Assembly (NCBI RefSeq): GCF_963676685.1
Contig: NC_092355.1
Coordinates: 31,744,001-31,808,000, forward strand
Direction: 5' to 3'
Source: Mytilus edulis
Taxonomy: Eukaryota
Length of the DNA: 64,000 bases
Below are positions 1 to 14,298 of the stretch, piece after piece (positions within the stretch are counted from its first letter, which is position 1; each line of letters begins with the position of its first letter). The notes below the pieces were generated by a model. That model worked only from the letters and a program-made list of their open reading frames with translations. It was not told where the DNA came from and searched no databases. The position numbers and the translations under genes are program-made.

Positions 1-253
1 GAGTTTCTGCATGTTTCAGGTTGAAATATATTTTAAAAGCGATAATCCTCTTGACATATATTCCTCCTCTCTGATCAGCAGTATATTATTTAATAAAAAA
101 AATATTGACGCAATGTTATTCAAACTTTGATAAAATTCATGATGCTTGAGTTGTACAATATGCATGCTTCATACTGGAATAAACATTTAATTTACTGGGT
201 TTCTCGAAAGATGAACATGAACATACAAAAGGATCCAAAAGCGGTAATTGTAC

Positions 254-319
254 CTTGTAATTCGTGTAAAATATCATCAACTCTAGTCTTCTCCTCTGAT
301 TCTCTATATGTTCTCAAAC
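254..319 (-). CDS. FREP-A paralog exon (GLRTYRESEEKTRVDDILHELQ)
   Basis: Homologous to 53738-53803 with intact AG/GT sites. Confidence 0.75.
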
Positions 320-1404
320 CTGAAATTAAATTTGATATCTAAAAGTGTGTTTTGAATTTAAGTTATCTTCACGTGCCATGGATATGCCATAGCGGAAACG
401 TTTTTAATCAATCCAAATCAGATTCGTTTACTTATGTAACTGTCTAATTTAAAATGTTGTCAATATTTATTTTCCTTTATATTTTTATCTTTTATTGACC
501 TGTTGCACCCATAACAAGATACCTTTTGAAATTATTTTTAATCATTGTTGTTAAATTTGTTAAGCCCTAGCTACAAATGTTCACATCACCTTACATTTTT
601 TTTCATTTTTTTTTACTGTTGTATCTATTACTTCCCAATTGGTATTTTTATTCATCGTCTTGTAACATACAGTACTTGCAACCTTAGGCGTTACTGTTTT
701 AGCGATCTTTTTTTTTTTATTAATCATATAGCAAAGTTTTATGAATTGAAATGAAAAGAAATGTACAAATAAAATCTAAATTAAAATATTATCATTAAAG
801 AATGGTCTTTTTCATTTTTATTGAGGTTATATTATATTTTCAAACGCGGCAAGTTCTAAAACGGTGTCTATATCAGTCGCGATTTTGATTTTATTATATT
901 CAAAAAGTACTCGAGAAAACGAAATGAAGGGATCAGTTATTGAAAATTTTAGTCTATTATTTTCAATATTTTAAATTTTTGTATTCTTATCATCATAAAA
1001 TTCAGTAAAAAAACTTATCACAATCACGGCCTTTCTATATTCTTGTCACAATCAAAGCCTATAAAAAACAAATTACAAAATATGCTGGGTTTTTTATTAA
1101 CAAGAAATATAAATAATTTGCAAACAACATTACATTATATTTTACTGATATTCTTTTTTGCCTTATTAAAAAATAACCATTCATAAACTATAAAAAGTAC
1201 AAAAATCCAAAGGTGGTCATAATATTCTATGAAAATGAAGAATAATTTCATGTTTGTTCAACAAAAACAATACGTTAACTTTAAGCAGATTTATTCTTGA
1301 ATTATTCACATTTTGTACAAAGTACATATCAAATATATTTATAACAACTCATTACAATTGAAGTTACAATATTTTCAAATATGAGAAGGAATATTTGCAT
1401 TTTC

Positions 1405-4270
1405 AAAAGTACATAAATCCAATGGCGGTCAATAATTTCAATAAAATATAGAAATATTTGCATTTTAGGCAACGCCTACAAATATTTAGTATCTTTTTCA
1501 TTAAAGTAAACATAATTTATGAAGAACAACCAATCCTGATGAACAAAATGTACTGAAATCATATGGCGGTTAATAATTTGTATCAAAATAAAGCAATAAC
1601 TGCATTCTTATTCCACAAAAAAAAAAGTTTAAGTATTTTAATTCTTATTATATCCTATTCTAATTAAAAGACTTGTCTTGAGATGTTAAAAATAACTGAT
1701 TTTCAATAAAATAGTTTCATTTTTGATAAAAAAAAAAGAATAATTTGGGTTATTTTAAATAATGTGAATAAAATTTTAGTATGATTTTTCTGACATTCTT
1801 TTAGTTCTATTGAAAACTACCTACTCTAAACTATAAAAAGTACAAAAATCCAAAGGCGGTCAATAATTTCAGTAAAATGAAGAAATATTTGCATTTTAGG
1901 CAACGCTTACAAAAATTAAATACCTTTTTCCTTAAAGTAAACATATTTTATGAAAAACAACCAATCGTGATGAACAAAAAATACTGAAATCATCTGACTG
2001 TTAATAATTTGTATCAAAATAAAGCAATAACTGCATTCTTATTCCACAAAAATAAAAGTTTAAGTATTTTAATTCTTATTATATCCTATTCCTATTAAAA
2101 GACTTGTCTTGAGATGTTAAAAATAACTGATTTTATATAAAATAGTATCATTTTTGATAAAAAGAAGAATAATTTTGGTTATTTTAAATAATGCGAATAA
2201 AATTTTAGTATGGTTTTTTCTGACATTCTTTTAAATCTATGAAAAACAACTTACTCCTAAACTATAAAAAGTACAAAAATCCAATGGCAGTCAATAATTT
2301 CAGTAAAATATAGAAATATTTGCATTTTAGGCAACGCGTATAAAAATTTAGTATCTTTTTCATTAAAGTAAACATACTTTATGAAGAACAACCAATCCTG
2401 ATAAACAAAACGTACTGAAATCATATGGCAGTTAATAATTTGTATCAAAATAAAGCAATAACTGAATTCTTATTCCACAAAAAAAAAGTTTAAGTATTTT
2501 AATTCTTATTATATCCTATTCTAATTAAAAGACTTGTCTTGAGATGTTAAAAATAACTGATTTAAAAAAAATTAGTATCTTTTTTGATAAAAAGAAATAT
2601 AATTTTGGTAATTTTAAACAATTGAGAACAAAATTTTTGTATGATTTTTCTGACATTCTTTTAATTCTATGAAAAACAACCTAATCTCAACTATAAAAAG
2701 CACAATTACCAATGGCGGTCAATAATTTCAGTAAAATATAGAAATATTTGCATTTAGGCAACGCCTATAAAAATTTAGTATCTTTTTCATTAAAGTAACC
2801 ATACTTTATGAAGAACAACCAATCCTGATAAACAAAAAGTACTGAAATCATATGGCGGTTAATAATTTGTATCAAAATAAAGCAATAACTGCATTCTTAT
2901 TTCACAAAAAAAAAAGTTTAAGTATTTTAAATCTTATTATATCCTATTCTAATTAAAAGACTTGTTTTGAGATGTTAAAAATAACTGATTTTAAATAAAA
3001 TAGTATTATTTCTAATAAAATCAAAAATAGTTTTGGTAATTTTAAACAATTGAGAACAAAATTTTACTATGATTTTTCTGACATTCTTTTAATTCTATGA
3101 AAAACAACCTACTCTTAACTATAAAAAGTACAAAAATCCAATGGCGGTCAATAATTTCAGTCAAATATAGAAGTATTTGCATTTTAGGCAATGCGTATCA
3201 CAATTTAGTATCTTTTTCCTTAAAGTAAACATATTTTATGAAAAACAACCAATCCTGATGAACAATTGTACTGAAATCATATGGCGGTTAATAATTTGTA
3301 TCAAAATAAAGCAATAACTGCATTCTTATTCCACAAAAAAAAAAGTTTAAGTATTTTAATTCTTATTATATCCTATTCTAATTAAAAGACTTGTCTTGAG
3401 ATGTTAAAAATAACTGATTTAAAAAAAAATACTATCTTTTTTGATAAAAAGAAATATAATTTTGGTAATTTTAAACAATTGAGAACAAAATTTTAGTATG
3501 ATTTTTCTGACATTCTTTTAATTCTATGAAAAACAACCTAATCTCAACTATAAAAACACAATTACCAAAGGCGGTCAATAATTTCAGTAAAATATAGAAA
3601 AATTTGCATTTAGGCAACGCCTATAAAAATTTAGTATCTTTTTCATTAAAGTAAACATATTTTATGAAGAACAACCAATCCTGATAAACAAAAAGTACTG
3701 GAATCATATGGCGGTTAATAATTTGTATCAAAATAAAGCAATTACTGCATTCTTATTCAAAAAAAAAAAGTTTAAGTATTTTAATTCTTATTATATCCTA
3801 TTCTAATTAAAAGACTTGTCTTGAGATGTTAAAAATAACTGATTTTCAATAAAATAGTTTCATTTTTGATAAAAAAAAAGAATAATTTGGATTATTTTAA
3901 ATAATGTGAATAAAATTTTAGTATGATTTTTCTGACATTCTTTTAGTTCTATTGAAAACTACCTACTCTAAATCCAAAGGCGGTCAATAATTTCAGTAAA
4001 ATGAAGAAATATTTGCATTTTAGGCAACGCTTACAAAAATTAAATACCTTTTTCCTTAAAGTAAACATATTTTATGAAAAACAACCAATCGTGATGAACA
4101 AAAAATACTGAAATCATCTGACTGTTAATAATTTGTATCAAAATAAAGCAATAACTGCATTCTTATTCCACAAAAATAAAAGTTTAAGTATTTTAATTCT
4201 TATTATATCCTATTCTAATTAAAAGACTTGTCTTGAGATGTTAAAATTAACTGATTTCAAATAAAATAGT
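1405..4270. repeat. Tandem satellite array, ~429-bp unit, ~6.7 copies
   Basis: Anchor ctataaaaa recurs at 1831, 2262, 2691, 3119 and 3548. Confidence 0.95.
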
Positions 4271-5215
4271 AGCGTAATGGAGGCAAATGAGGCAAATGCC
4301 TCACTTTTGAAACGACGACCAAACTTTAGAAGTGTCATTTTTTTTAATTATGTATTTTACATTATCAATATGCGAGTTTCGAGTTTCCAATTATCTACCG
4401 GCACACTACATACAGTGTGTCCACTCTGCAGCAGCGATTGCAGCTTTTACCATAGCGGTGACGGTAAAAAAATAAGTGTTTCGAATACAAATAAAAATAA
4501 AAATATTGAAACAAATCTTAATGTCGTTACAAAACTGATTGAAGACGGGTTCTTCAAAGAGAAAAAAAGATGAAAAAGGTAACTCATGATTCTTATCACC
4601 CCCTTTATGTATGCTGACTTATTACTTTCCTTGGTTTATTTTTGAATCGATAACGCTATAGCTACCAATGTTTACAATATCAACTCACTGAATAACAAAT
4701 GCTAATCGGTAAAATAAACAAAAATATTCATAATTAATTTAAACAAATCATGAAGCGCCTTTTCTATGGAAGTCTTTGGTGTATAAGGCAATTCATGATT
4801 TTTATTTATCTTTAATAAAAAAGTATGAAATATATTTTTGGTATTGTTTGAAAATATTTATAAAATGTTCTCGTCTTCTAGAAGCTTATAACTTGCTACT
4901 GGACATAAATATATATTCATGTATATACATAAGAACGTATGTTGAAGCTTTTCGATAGTACAGGTCACACACAGGAAAATTGGAAAGTTGTTTGACCAAC
5001 AGAGATTATTTTAATATTTACTTATAGGCTAGCTAATAAAAATAACGCATTTCTGTTATATTTTTTTGTTTTTTTTATTACAAATAGTAATGCTGAAATA
5101 AGCTAGCTTCTCCTGTTTCAGGAACCCGAACCCCCCATAAAAAAGGCTAAAAAAAAATTGACTCGCTCCGCTCGGCGATTTGCCTCACTTTAAATGAACA
5201 TGCGCTACGGCCTTG
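4269..5215. mobile_element. Nested, left-truncated TIR element (hAT-like end)
   Basis: Right end ...cgctacggccttg matches only a partial gtagcg at the left; subterminal gaggcaaat/atttgcctc motifs at both ends; it terminates the satellite abruptly. Confidence 0.5.
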
Positions 5216-5535
5216 TAATCGATCCGTGCATAAATTTAATTTACTCATCGATCGATGACCGTTGTCACGGTAACTCTCACATAGGTTATTTGACTTATCT
5301 GACGGATCCTATGGGTCACCGATCACTCATCGATCATTCAAACATCCGTCACCGATCATTCACCAATCAGTCAAGTTAACGTCAAACAGTAACGCCTAAG
5401 GTTGCAAGTACTGTACCATAATAAAAACTGTAATCCAAACAATTTCGTGAAATTTAAACAAAAAATAAAATTACCAAGTGACGTTGCTCAACTATGTGCA
5501 TTCTTATTACATGATAACACATATAATTATCCTAC

Positions 5536-5608
5536 CTTCTCTGTCTTTTGATTCCAAGGAAAATGTTACGACGAACAGAAGTGACAACACGATAAGCATC
5601 TTGAACAT
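5536..5608 (-). CDS. FREP-A paralog exon 1 (signal peptide MFKMLIVLSLLFVVTFSLESKDRE); gene continues beyond the left window edge
   Basis: Homologous to 55928-56000, same length and phase, donor AG|gtagga. Confidence 0.78.
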
Positions 5609-8600
5609 ATTGAGAAAACGAGACAATGAAATTGTTGTATTCAAATAAAGAAAAATATCATTTGATATAAAATGATTTTGTTGCATGTTAACTTTTTTCA
5701 AAACGTATTAAATTTCACAGGTATCCAGATGGTGCATTTTTTTTACATTTACTCAGCAGAAAAAAAATTCTATTATTTGAAAGTTTTGATTGCAGAAATA
5801 AAGCATTACAAATAATTTTTCATGATTTTTAAATAATATAAAAATTAAGGAATAAAAGTACAAATTGTCGGAAGCATTAAAGTTTCATTAATAATTTTGC
5901 ACACTCGACTTCGTTCATATCTTTTAAGCACAATAGTCAACACTTCTGTGTTGTAATGAAGTATAATTAACTGTTTATAAAACTTCCAAAAATTAAAAAT
6001 AGAAAACTGTTTTGATAAGCGAATACTCATTATCGCCCTTCTTTAAAACTATATTGGAGTGGCTTTCATGTCGTTGACAAACCTCTGAATACCATATAAT
6101 GTTGACAAGGACGAGAAAAAAAAAAACCAGAAAAAAACTTCATAAGAAAACCTCATAATAGTAGAGACTAAATATAAATATACAACACAAAAATGCAATG
6201 TAGACAATTCTAACATGACGTCCTCCAAACGCTTTGAGTACACATCCGTGGTAAAATATGAATATATTATATTGATCGAGCTGTTCCGATCGTACTCATA
6301 TGCTAATTTATGAATGAGCTTCGCGACGTCATAGAACAATGACGTAAAAATATAAGCATTATACGTGAAAATACACGCTTGTGAAACCAAAATCTTCACA
6401 ACAAGGAAACGTAAACACGCGATGCTTAAATTTGTTATAAGCCATATTTTTTTAATACATTTAAGACATACAAGTACATTATCATTTAAATTCAGCAAAA
6501 ACTATCTGAATACGTTATTGTAAATAGTTTAAGCATGTCACTAACTCAGTTTGCTCCGTTCTTTTACCGCCAATTTTATAGTGTGTTTATTTATTTGAAC
6601 GGTTTTTTCAAAATTTTCCTATTAATTCTGCTCATATGAGTATACACATAAATCATCCAGAAAAACGAAGTAATGTTAATCAAGAGAACAGGATAGGATT
6701 TTGATAATAAGATTATTGGTGTATTGGAAATTAGAATAAATGTCTTTTTCCAAATTTTCATTTTTTTTTTAATTCCTATCAAAACAATAAACAAGCCAGT
6801 GTAAGGAGTTTGTAACTTCAATTCCAAGTTTTATTCAAAACACTTTGTTTCTTGGGACGATGTGGTCATTTTTAAATTGATAATTGTGAAAAATTAGAAT
6901 AAAAACTTACCAAAAAGACTACACTGGTTTTATCTACATCTAACCCATAATCAAAACAATTTACATGATAATGTAAAATTTTAAATTAAAAGCGTTAACC
7001 TGATTATCATTAAACATTGAAAAGTCTAAAGTTTTGATATAACTACTAAATAAGGATGATTGTGGTTACATATTTTGGAGAACATCTTTAATAGTTTGCA
7101 AGAATCCCCAACTGAATGAGACCATTGGTTGAATATACAATGAATTTTAGAAAGAATGGCGGTAAGTCGAAGATCTTGATGTCCAGGTATTTTTTTTTTA
7201 AAGTATAATTAGCGAATATTAAGATGGGAGATCTTTATTGTTCTCTTTTATATTAATAACAAAATAAAAATTTTCAGATTTTAAAAAATCTCCTCTTTTC
7301 GAAACAGATAAAGGGTTTATATGACATATCTAATAAACATACATAGTGCATTTGTAATAGTTTTTTTTATGTAGTTTTTGAAAAAAAATCCACGTACCAA
7401 TATTTTTTTTTGTGAAATTTCTGGAGAGAATCATTACCGCCAAATTATAATGGCTTATATGTTTTATATGGTACACGGGAGATAATCAAATATGAATCCT
7501 GATTGATCGTCTATTAATAATAATAATTGAAATGCATTATATCTAGGAAACAAACGTTAAATTAATGGTTAAGTATGAATCAAATATTATTATATCGGAC
7601 GTTCGATCGTCCGAAATATTCAAATAGTTTTCCTTTCCATCTAGAAATCCAACCACAAAGCACCTACTGGTTAGGAAAGATATGTTAGGGATTAAGCACT
7701 ACAAAGCTAACATGGCTAATGAATGAACTTTTTTATAAAAACACGTAATTTTCTACTTTCTGCAGCTTTAAACACCTACATGTATGTGACCCATATTTAT
7801 TAGATATATTTTCATAAAAGCATGACTTAAACTTTATTTATAGAAAAATATCGAAGGAATTTTATCGACTTTAACTATGTTTTATTTATATTCTTTAGAA
7901 ATTAAGACTTCTTTAAATTTCATGTGTTAAACTTGGTTGTCAATGATGAGAATTTACGTTATTTAAGAATTGTACTGAGATCTAAATAATTTCAAAAAAA
8001 GCAATCGGTATGATCGCTGGTTCTCATGAAGGGTTATCAGATCAAGGGCCACATATTTTGACCCGTTGTGTTACTCCTGAAAATCGATTATTAATATCAC
8101 GTGATGAGCGATACGCAATATATGAATGATAATAAGCTCATATTTAACAATAGGCATTCAAACGTAGAACAAACAAAAGTTCAAATATAATTTACTCATA
8201 GAAAAGTGAAAAAATGCATGTACATGTAGCATTTAAATGCAGAAAACAAATATTTGTAAGTCGCTTTCTCCGAAAATATAGGTAGTATTCAATTTCAAAA
8301 AGCAATCCTTCTTTCGCTATGGAAACATAAGAAATAAAATCGATTTAAAAGTAAATTTACATGGATCTTTTAATTTGTTTTTCATATATATATATATTTA
8401 TAACGTTTTGGCTTCATCAATTCAAAATGGAAGCCTTTTGAAAGTATGTTATAAGTCCGCTTCGAAGTATCAATTAAAGTTCTAAATTATCCTTTTAGAT
8501 TCGAAATCATTCTTATTTCCTATGCTCTTTGGTAATTTTAAACTGGGTAGGCATTATAGTTGTCAACATTTTAAACCTAGCATATGCTATATTCCAAGGT

Positions 8601-8920
8601 CTTTAGTTTAGTTAGTCATTCCATGAAAAAATCCAATCAGTTCTTGCTATTCCTGATAAACACTTGAGCGCATGTAAGTTCGGAAAAGCATAAAACAGTT
8701 ATTTCAGATCTGAAAAACAGACAACATATTTTCGCCTGTTTAATCTCCATACATCGATTTGGTTTATAACTATCAAAAATGAGAGCTATGAGTAGACAGT
8801 ATTTTTTTTAATATATGTACTACTTTCTTTTATGTCCTTTCTTACCGTTAATGTTTCCATATTTTCCGCTTTATTGTTATCAACAATTCAATATTTATAT
8901 AAAAATAAGAACATGTGGTA

Positions 8921-9310
8921 TATAAAGGCAACAGTAGTATACTGCTGTTCAAAACTCATCAATCGATTGAGAGAAAACAAATCCGGTTTACAAACTAAAA
9001 CCGAGGGCTACATATCAACCATAAAAGGAAAACAACGAAAACACTAGAGTGCAACAAAAAAACAAACGACAACGCAACATACATAGAAACGAACTTTTAG
9101 ATAGCAACTGCTATTTTCCTCACTTGGTTCAGGACATTTTATGAAGACATAGTGGGTTGAACCTGGTTTTGTGGCTAGCCACACCTCGAGCTACATTGCA
9201 ATGTTAAACGTATCGCTTAAATGACAACATTCCATGACAGGAATACAGTACAAATGAATGCAAGAACATTTAGGACAGAGAAATACATAAATAAGTATTT
9301 CGACAAGTTA
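8921..9310. repeat. Interspersed repeat with terminus ataaaggcaacagtagtata; related copies at ~40000-40818 (-), 42540-42740 (-) and 45716-45850
   Basis: Multiple alignable copies within the window; absent from the paralogous segment. Confidence 0.75.
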
Positions 9311-12300
9311 ACCACAGAGTATGAATGACAATGTGTTATGTGTCTCGTGACATAGATGATTGCATGATACGGAAGCTTAATTAACGTATTGGCTGTTGTG
9401 TTAATTAAGAACGACACAAACCGTGCACATAAACTCTTTTAAGTTAATGTGAAGGAATTTACAGAGAAATGACGACACACTTCTGTGCTCAAAGCTTAGT
9501 TCCAAGTCGTATGGAATTATTGAGATGTCAATTATCTGAGGTAAAAAAAATACCAGAAGGATGTAGAAAAATCCTTAAATTAGACCATTAATTTTCTCGT
9601 TTTAATTTTTTGACATTTTTCATTTCGTGGCCTATTATTGCTGAATCTGCGGAATTAACTTTGCTCATTGTCGAAGGCCGTATGGTGAACTATAGTTTTT
9701 AATTTCTGTGTCATTTGGTGTATTGGGTAGAGTTGTCTCACTGGCAATCATATCATATCTTCCTTCATATATTGACAAGCCCAAAATAAAAGAACAACAC
9801 GACTTCATCAGCACATGCTCTCATATCTGAGTAAAAGGTTAGATATGGCAAGTTGCAAGGCTTTAAATTTAGAAATAAATTCAAGATTTGATTTTTAGTT
9901 GAAATTTATTACTAAAAACGTAAGGGTAATTCACTTTGATATCTACCGACTCTCTTCTACTTTTACATCGCTTATAAAGGTCAATGTTTACTGAGTCCAA
10001 AAAGGCATAGCATATCGGTGCAAGAAAATTACATTTAAAAAAGAAGTAAAACTGTTTTCATCTGCGAAATGTTCCTGAAAAATATATATACCTAGACACG
10101 TATCTGACAGTAATTCTGACGTTGTTTTTAACGTAAATCGTTTTTCTACAGATTGCTGATACAACGTGGTAGTATATACTAAAATAAAATTTTGAAGCTC
10201 GTCTGGCGTTCGAAATTATTACCATCGTTTCTCTGATAACTAATACGTCTTCAACATCGAAACGTTTAAATTGTAGTGCAAGATTACAGGTCACAACCAC
10301 CTACAAATAATCTTTTTATGGAACGCCTGTGATAATAGTTTTGTCCGCATTTGATAGTAGAATGATATTATGACGCAAGGTGTGTTGGTACGTCAGTTTA
10401 TATCTACGTCTGTTTATTCGTTGGTGTGTCAGTTTGAAGTTTTGGCTTAAGCATTATGTTGTATTTATAGAAAGTTGATACGTAGTACAATTTTTTTGTT
10501 ATGATGTGAATTTTGTAAATAGTGCTAAAACACGATTATCACCCCTATTTTATGATTCACTGAAAATGTGAACTTCATAAAACACATGTTAGATGTTTCG
10601 TGAAAAGAATTAATTATGACGTTGAAGTCATATCATTTTAGAATTTTCTATATATGAGTAAGATTTGATCTACTCCGTATAAATGCAAAATTAAGAGATT
10701 GACCACATTTTCAAATTTCGCCGACGAAAACAATATAGTGCAAGTGGGGGTATGTCGACATATGGAAACACATGCTTATATTTAACTAATGCTTTATAAA
10801 CCTTAAATATTGAGATTTCATTTTTACTGTGTAGGGAAAATTTCTAGTCGTTTTTAAAATTCTGCTCAATAGAAACTGATTCATTCTTATACTTACTTTA
10901 TAACATTATATAAAAAAGAGAAATCCCGAAAATACTGAAATCTGAGGAAAATTCAAAATGAAAAGTCTCTAATCAAATTACAAATTCAAAAGCTCAATCA
11001 CATCAAACGAATGTCATATTCCTGACATGGACAGACATTTTCTCATGTAGAAAATTGTGGATTAAACTTGGTTTTATAGCTAGCTTAAACCTCTCACCTG
11101 TATGACAGTCGCATAAAATTCCATTATATATTTACAACGATATATGAACAAAACAAACAGATATGAATAATACTGTTGATTTTACAGAAAAATAAGATTG
11201 TGCCACAAAAAAATGCTATTAAACAAACGAAAAATAATAGAATCATTTGTACCCGAACTGTATAACACGAAATTACCATTTTAGCTATTGTTATCAAAAT
11301 GAACTACTTGAAAGCATTGTTACAACAAAGAACAGGAAAAAGGAAAATATTCTTACGGAAAAATAGTATCTTTATTCAGAAAACTAGTATAAAAAACAGG
11401 CTTAGGGTGATTAGTTTTTTTAACTTTAGGAAAAATGATTGCATCCAAATTAAAAACAGCGTACAGATTTTGAAATGTTCATTGATTTCTGCTATGGTTT
11501 GATTCCAATTGCATCAATGGGTTTTTGGTAGACGAACTGGCATATTTAATAACTGACATGATACCCTTCTGTTAATTAGTCGATTATTTCCTCATTGCAA
11601 TCATTTTTGCTCAAGGGGTGTTAAAACTTACAAAAGAGGGGCGAAAGATACCAGAAGGACAGTCAAACTCATAGATCGAAAATAAACTGACAATGCCATG
11701 GATAGAAAGGAAAAAGACAAACAGACAAAAATAGGATACAAGACACAGCATGAAAAAATAAAGACTAAGCAACACAAATCCCACCAAAAACTAATGGTGA
11801 TCTAAGTGCTCCACATGTGATGAAAAGTGAAAAATCGCGAATTATCCCTTTAACATGTAGGTGGAAAACGAATGAAATATTTCATTGTTTGAACTCATCT
11901 TAAGGTTATAACGTCTTAATCTTCCCAATTAAGCATTTGCAGGTGCAATACTGATATCGGTAACAGGATAGACAAAAAGGTAACAGGATAGACTTTTATA
12001 TAGTGATATATCAGAAACGTACGTTCCTGTTACCAACGAAATAAAGAGAAAAATAAATTAACTTATGAGGGATTTACTTGATGTTAGGTTTATTTGAAAG
12101 GGTGAAAAAAGGCCGAACAATATAAATTGCTATCTTAGACTTGCATTACTGGTGGTAATTTTTACAACCTTTGAAAACCAATTTTTAGAGCCATTTTTCA
12201 GTACAACTTAGAAAATTGGCAAATAATCTATTATTTTACAGAATGAATATATATAGAAGTTTATTCTCTTGAAAACCATCTAATTGGTAACGTAAAACAA

Positions 12301-12916
12301 GCTTAACATTTTATCTAAATTCTTTTCTTAATAACCCAAAATTTCTTTTGAAAATGGTAACAGGATAGACAAAATATTGTACCACCGATCAAAAAATGTT
12401 TCAAGATATTCTTGTATGACATCATTAAGATTGCATCTTTTAATATGTTGTTCTTAAAGTACTGTTTGTTTTGATTTGCTTATGTAGAGGGTTGTTTGAA
12501 TAAGTAACTTTTAATAAATTTTTCAATTTCAAAATTCGACATTTTTTGAAAATGACCCATAATACATCAGCCGCCATTTTGAAAATCCCGGAAAATTCCC
12601 TTTTTTAAATCGATGTTTGACCGATTTTGCCCTGAAATTAAACTGTTTTAAGTAGTATTCTTCGCCAGATGTATGTTTGAATATACTTAAACGATTTGCA
12701 AAGTTTGTTTTTTATTTACGGAATTTCTTTATTTGTTGTACAAGTAGACATGAGTATCGATAATTTAGCGTTGAGTCAACGGAGAAAATGACGAGAAAAA
12801 GTGCATGTTTTACGATTCAGATTTGACCGAATTTAATCAAAAAATAAACTGTTAGGACCAACATTGTTTGATAGAAATATGTTTGAATATCAAGGATTGA
12901 TTTGCAAAAGTAAGAA

Positions 12917-13079
12917 CAGGGGCGGATGCAGGAATTTTCGAAAGGGGGGTGCTAACCCAGGGCACCCAGGGCAAAGGGGGGGTGCAAAACATATGTCCCG
13001 ATACAAATGCATTGATCGACAAAAATAAAGGGGGGGTGCGCACCCCCGGAACCCCCCCCCCCCCCTGGATCCGCCACTG
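12917..13079. mobile_element. Short GC-rich MITE (CAGGGGCGGAT...ATCCGCCACTG); degenerate relatives near 13777-14073, 20500-20605, 23088-23250, 54895-54990 and 58465-58600
   Basis: Imperfect TIRs, G/C tracts, aagaa on both flanks. Confidence 0.8.
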
Positions 13080-14298
13080 AAGAAAACGGGTGAGGTTTAT
13101 GGGAAAATTAAACTTTATTGAAGCATATATGCATTTTATATGGGGAAATATAATACAAAATGGCGGCTAATATACGTCACAAAAGTCACGTGATGTCTAA
13201 ATTAGTTGGATATAGTTTGTTTAATAATTTGTATAATGATACAACCGTAAAATGTATGGGGTGGCCTGATTATAACCTAGATTGGCCGTGGCCGCGTGAC
13301 AACAGAAAAAAAAGAGTTGAAAATAAGACACTAAGGCTGTACTAGAATATCAACATGCACTTAATTGCATATAAACCCCTGTATATAATATTCGTGATAA
13401 AAGTGAGTATTCGTTTTGACCAGTTTTATGATATCTTTATCTTTTCTAAAATAGTATATCGGCAATGAAATCGTCGATGTCACATTTTCTGAAATGGAAA
13501 AAACAGAGAAATGCAATCCATTAAAAAGGTGACAACGGATTATCGTCAGCACGGAAAGGAAAATTTACATTAGGAAAGTTAAAGTCACGTTTATCATACA
13601 TATTGACCTGAAGATTACAATATAAAGCAAATAGTTTGTATAAGTCTGTATTTTTTTTTACTTACTTATTTTTAGTTCAACATGACTGCATCAACGTTTA
13701 AATCTTTTCAGGATTTTAAAACACACATACATTTCTGCAAGTCCGTGATTACCCTATAAAATAAAATGTGAAATACCAATGGCGGATCCAGAACTTTTCA
13801 TTAAAGGGGGGCGACTGTCCTTAGACGGGGGCGTATGTTTAGTCCTCTATCATGTCCATACTCGCTATCTAATGTAAATATAGATCTTTGATTGCGTTAC
13901 CCTCATATGAGAGCGTTAGTAGATTTGAATATTTATTAGATTGCCATACTCTCTTTCTCGATGGATAGTCTCGAATGCAATCATATCACTGGACCGGATC
14001 AATGATTTTTGAAAAGGGGCGTAATGGCATAAAGCAGTAGGTACGTTCTCTTCGCCCCATAAATCCGCCACTGTACCACATCTTCCTAAATTTTTTAGTA
14101 CATACCAATCGTGATATACACGACTTAAAATATCGTTTTTTAATGAAATTTAACAATTCTAATCTAATCGTAATTATAAATTTGGTTATAAAGATAAAAT
14201 TAAAAGTACTATTCGTAGTAATACAATCGCGTTAAAGGGCAATTTTAAAATAAAGATCCCTGTTGAATCGCTCGATGATTTTAAGATACATAAGTACA

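Larger units (their letters stand above)
670..5413. mobile_element. Non-autonomous Tc1/mariner-type DNA transposon (4.7 kb) in FREP-A intron 1
   Basis: Perfect 30-bp TIRs CAGTACTTGCAACCTTAGGCGTTACTGTTT (670-699 and 5384-5413), TA on both flanks, empty site in the paralog near 55800; no transposase ORF. Confidence 0.92.
1..11350 (+). repeat. Segmental duplication, copy A (paralogous to ~53480-61640)
   Basis: Collinear, alignable non-coding sequence throughout (e.g. 5860-6030 vs 56260-56450; 10540-11310 vs 60840-61600) interrupted by copy-specific insertions. Confidence 0.9.

Noticed and set aside
6049-6498. 149-aa minus-strand ORF
   Set aside because: No recognisable motifs, non-ATG start, and most of it lies in sequence not shared with the paralogous segment
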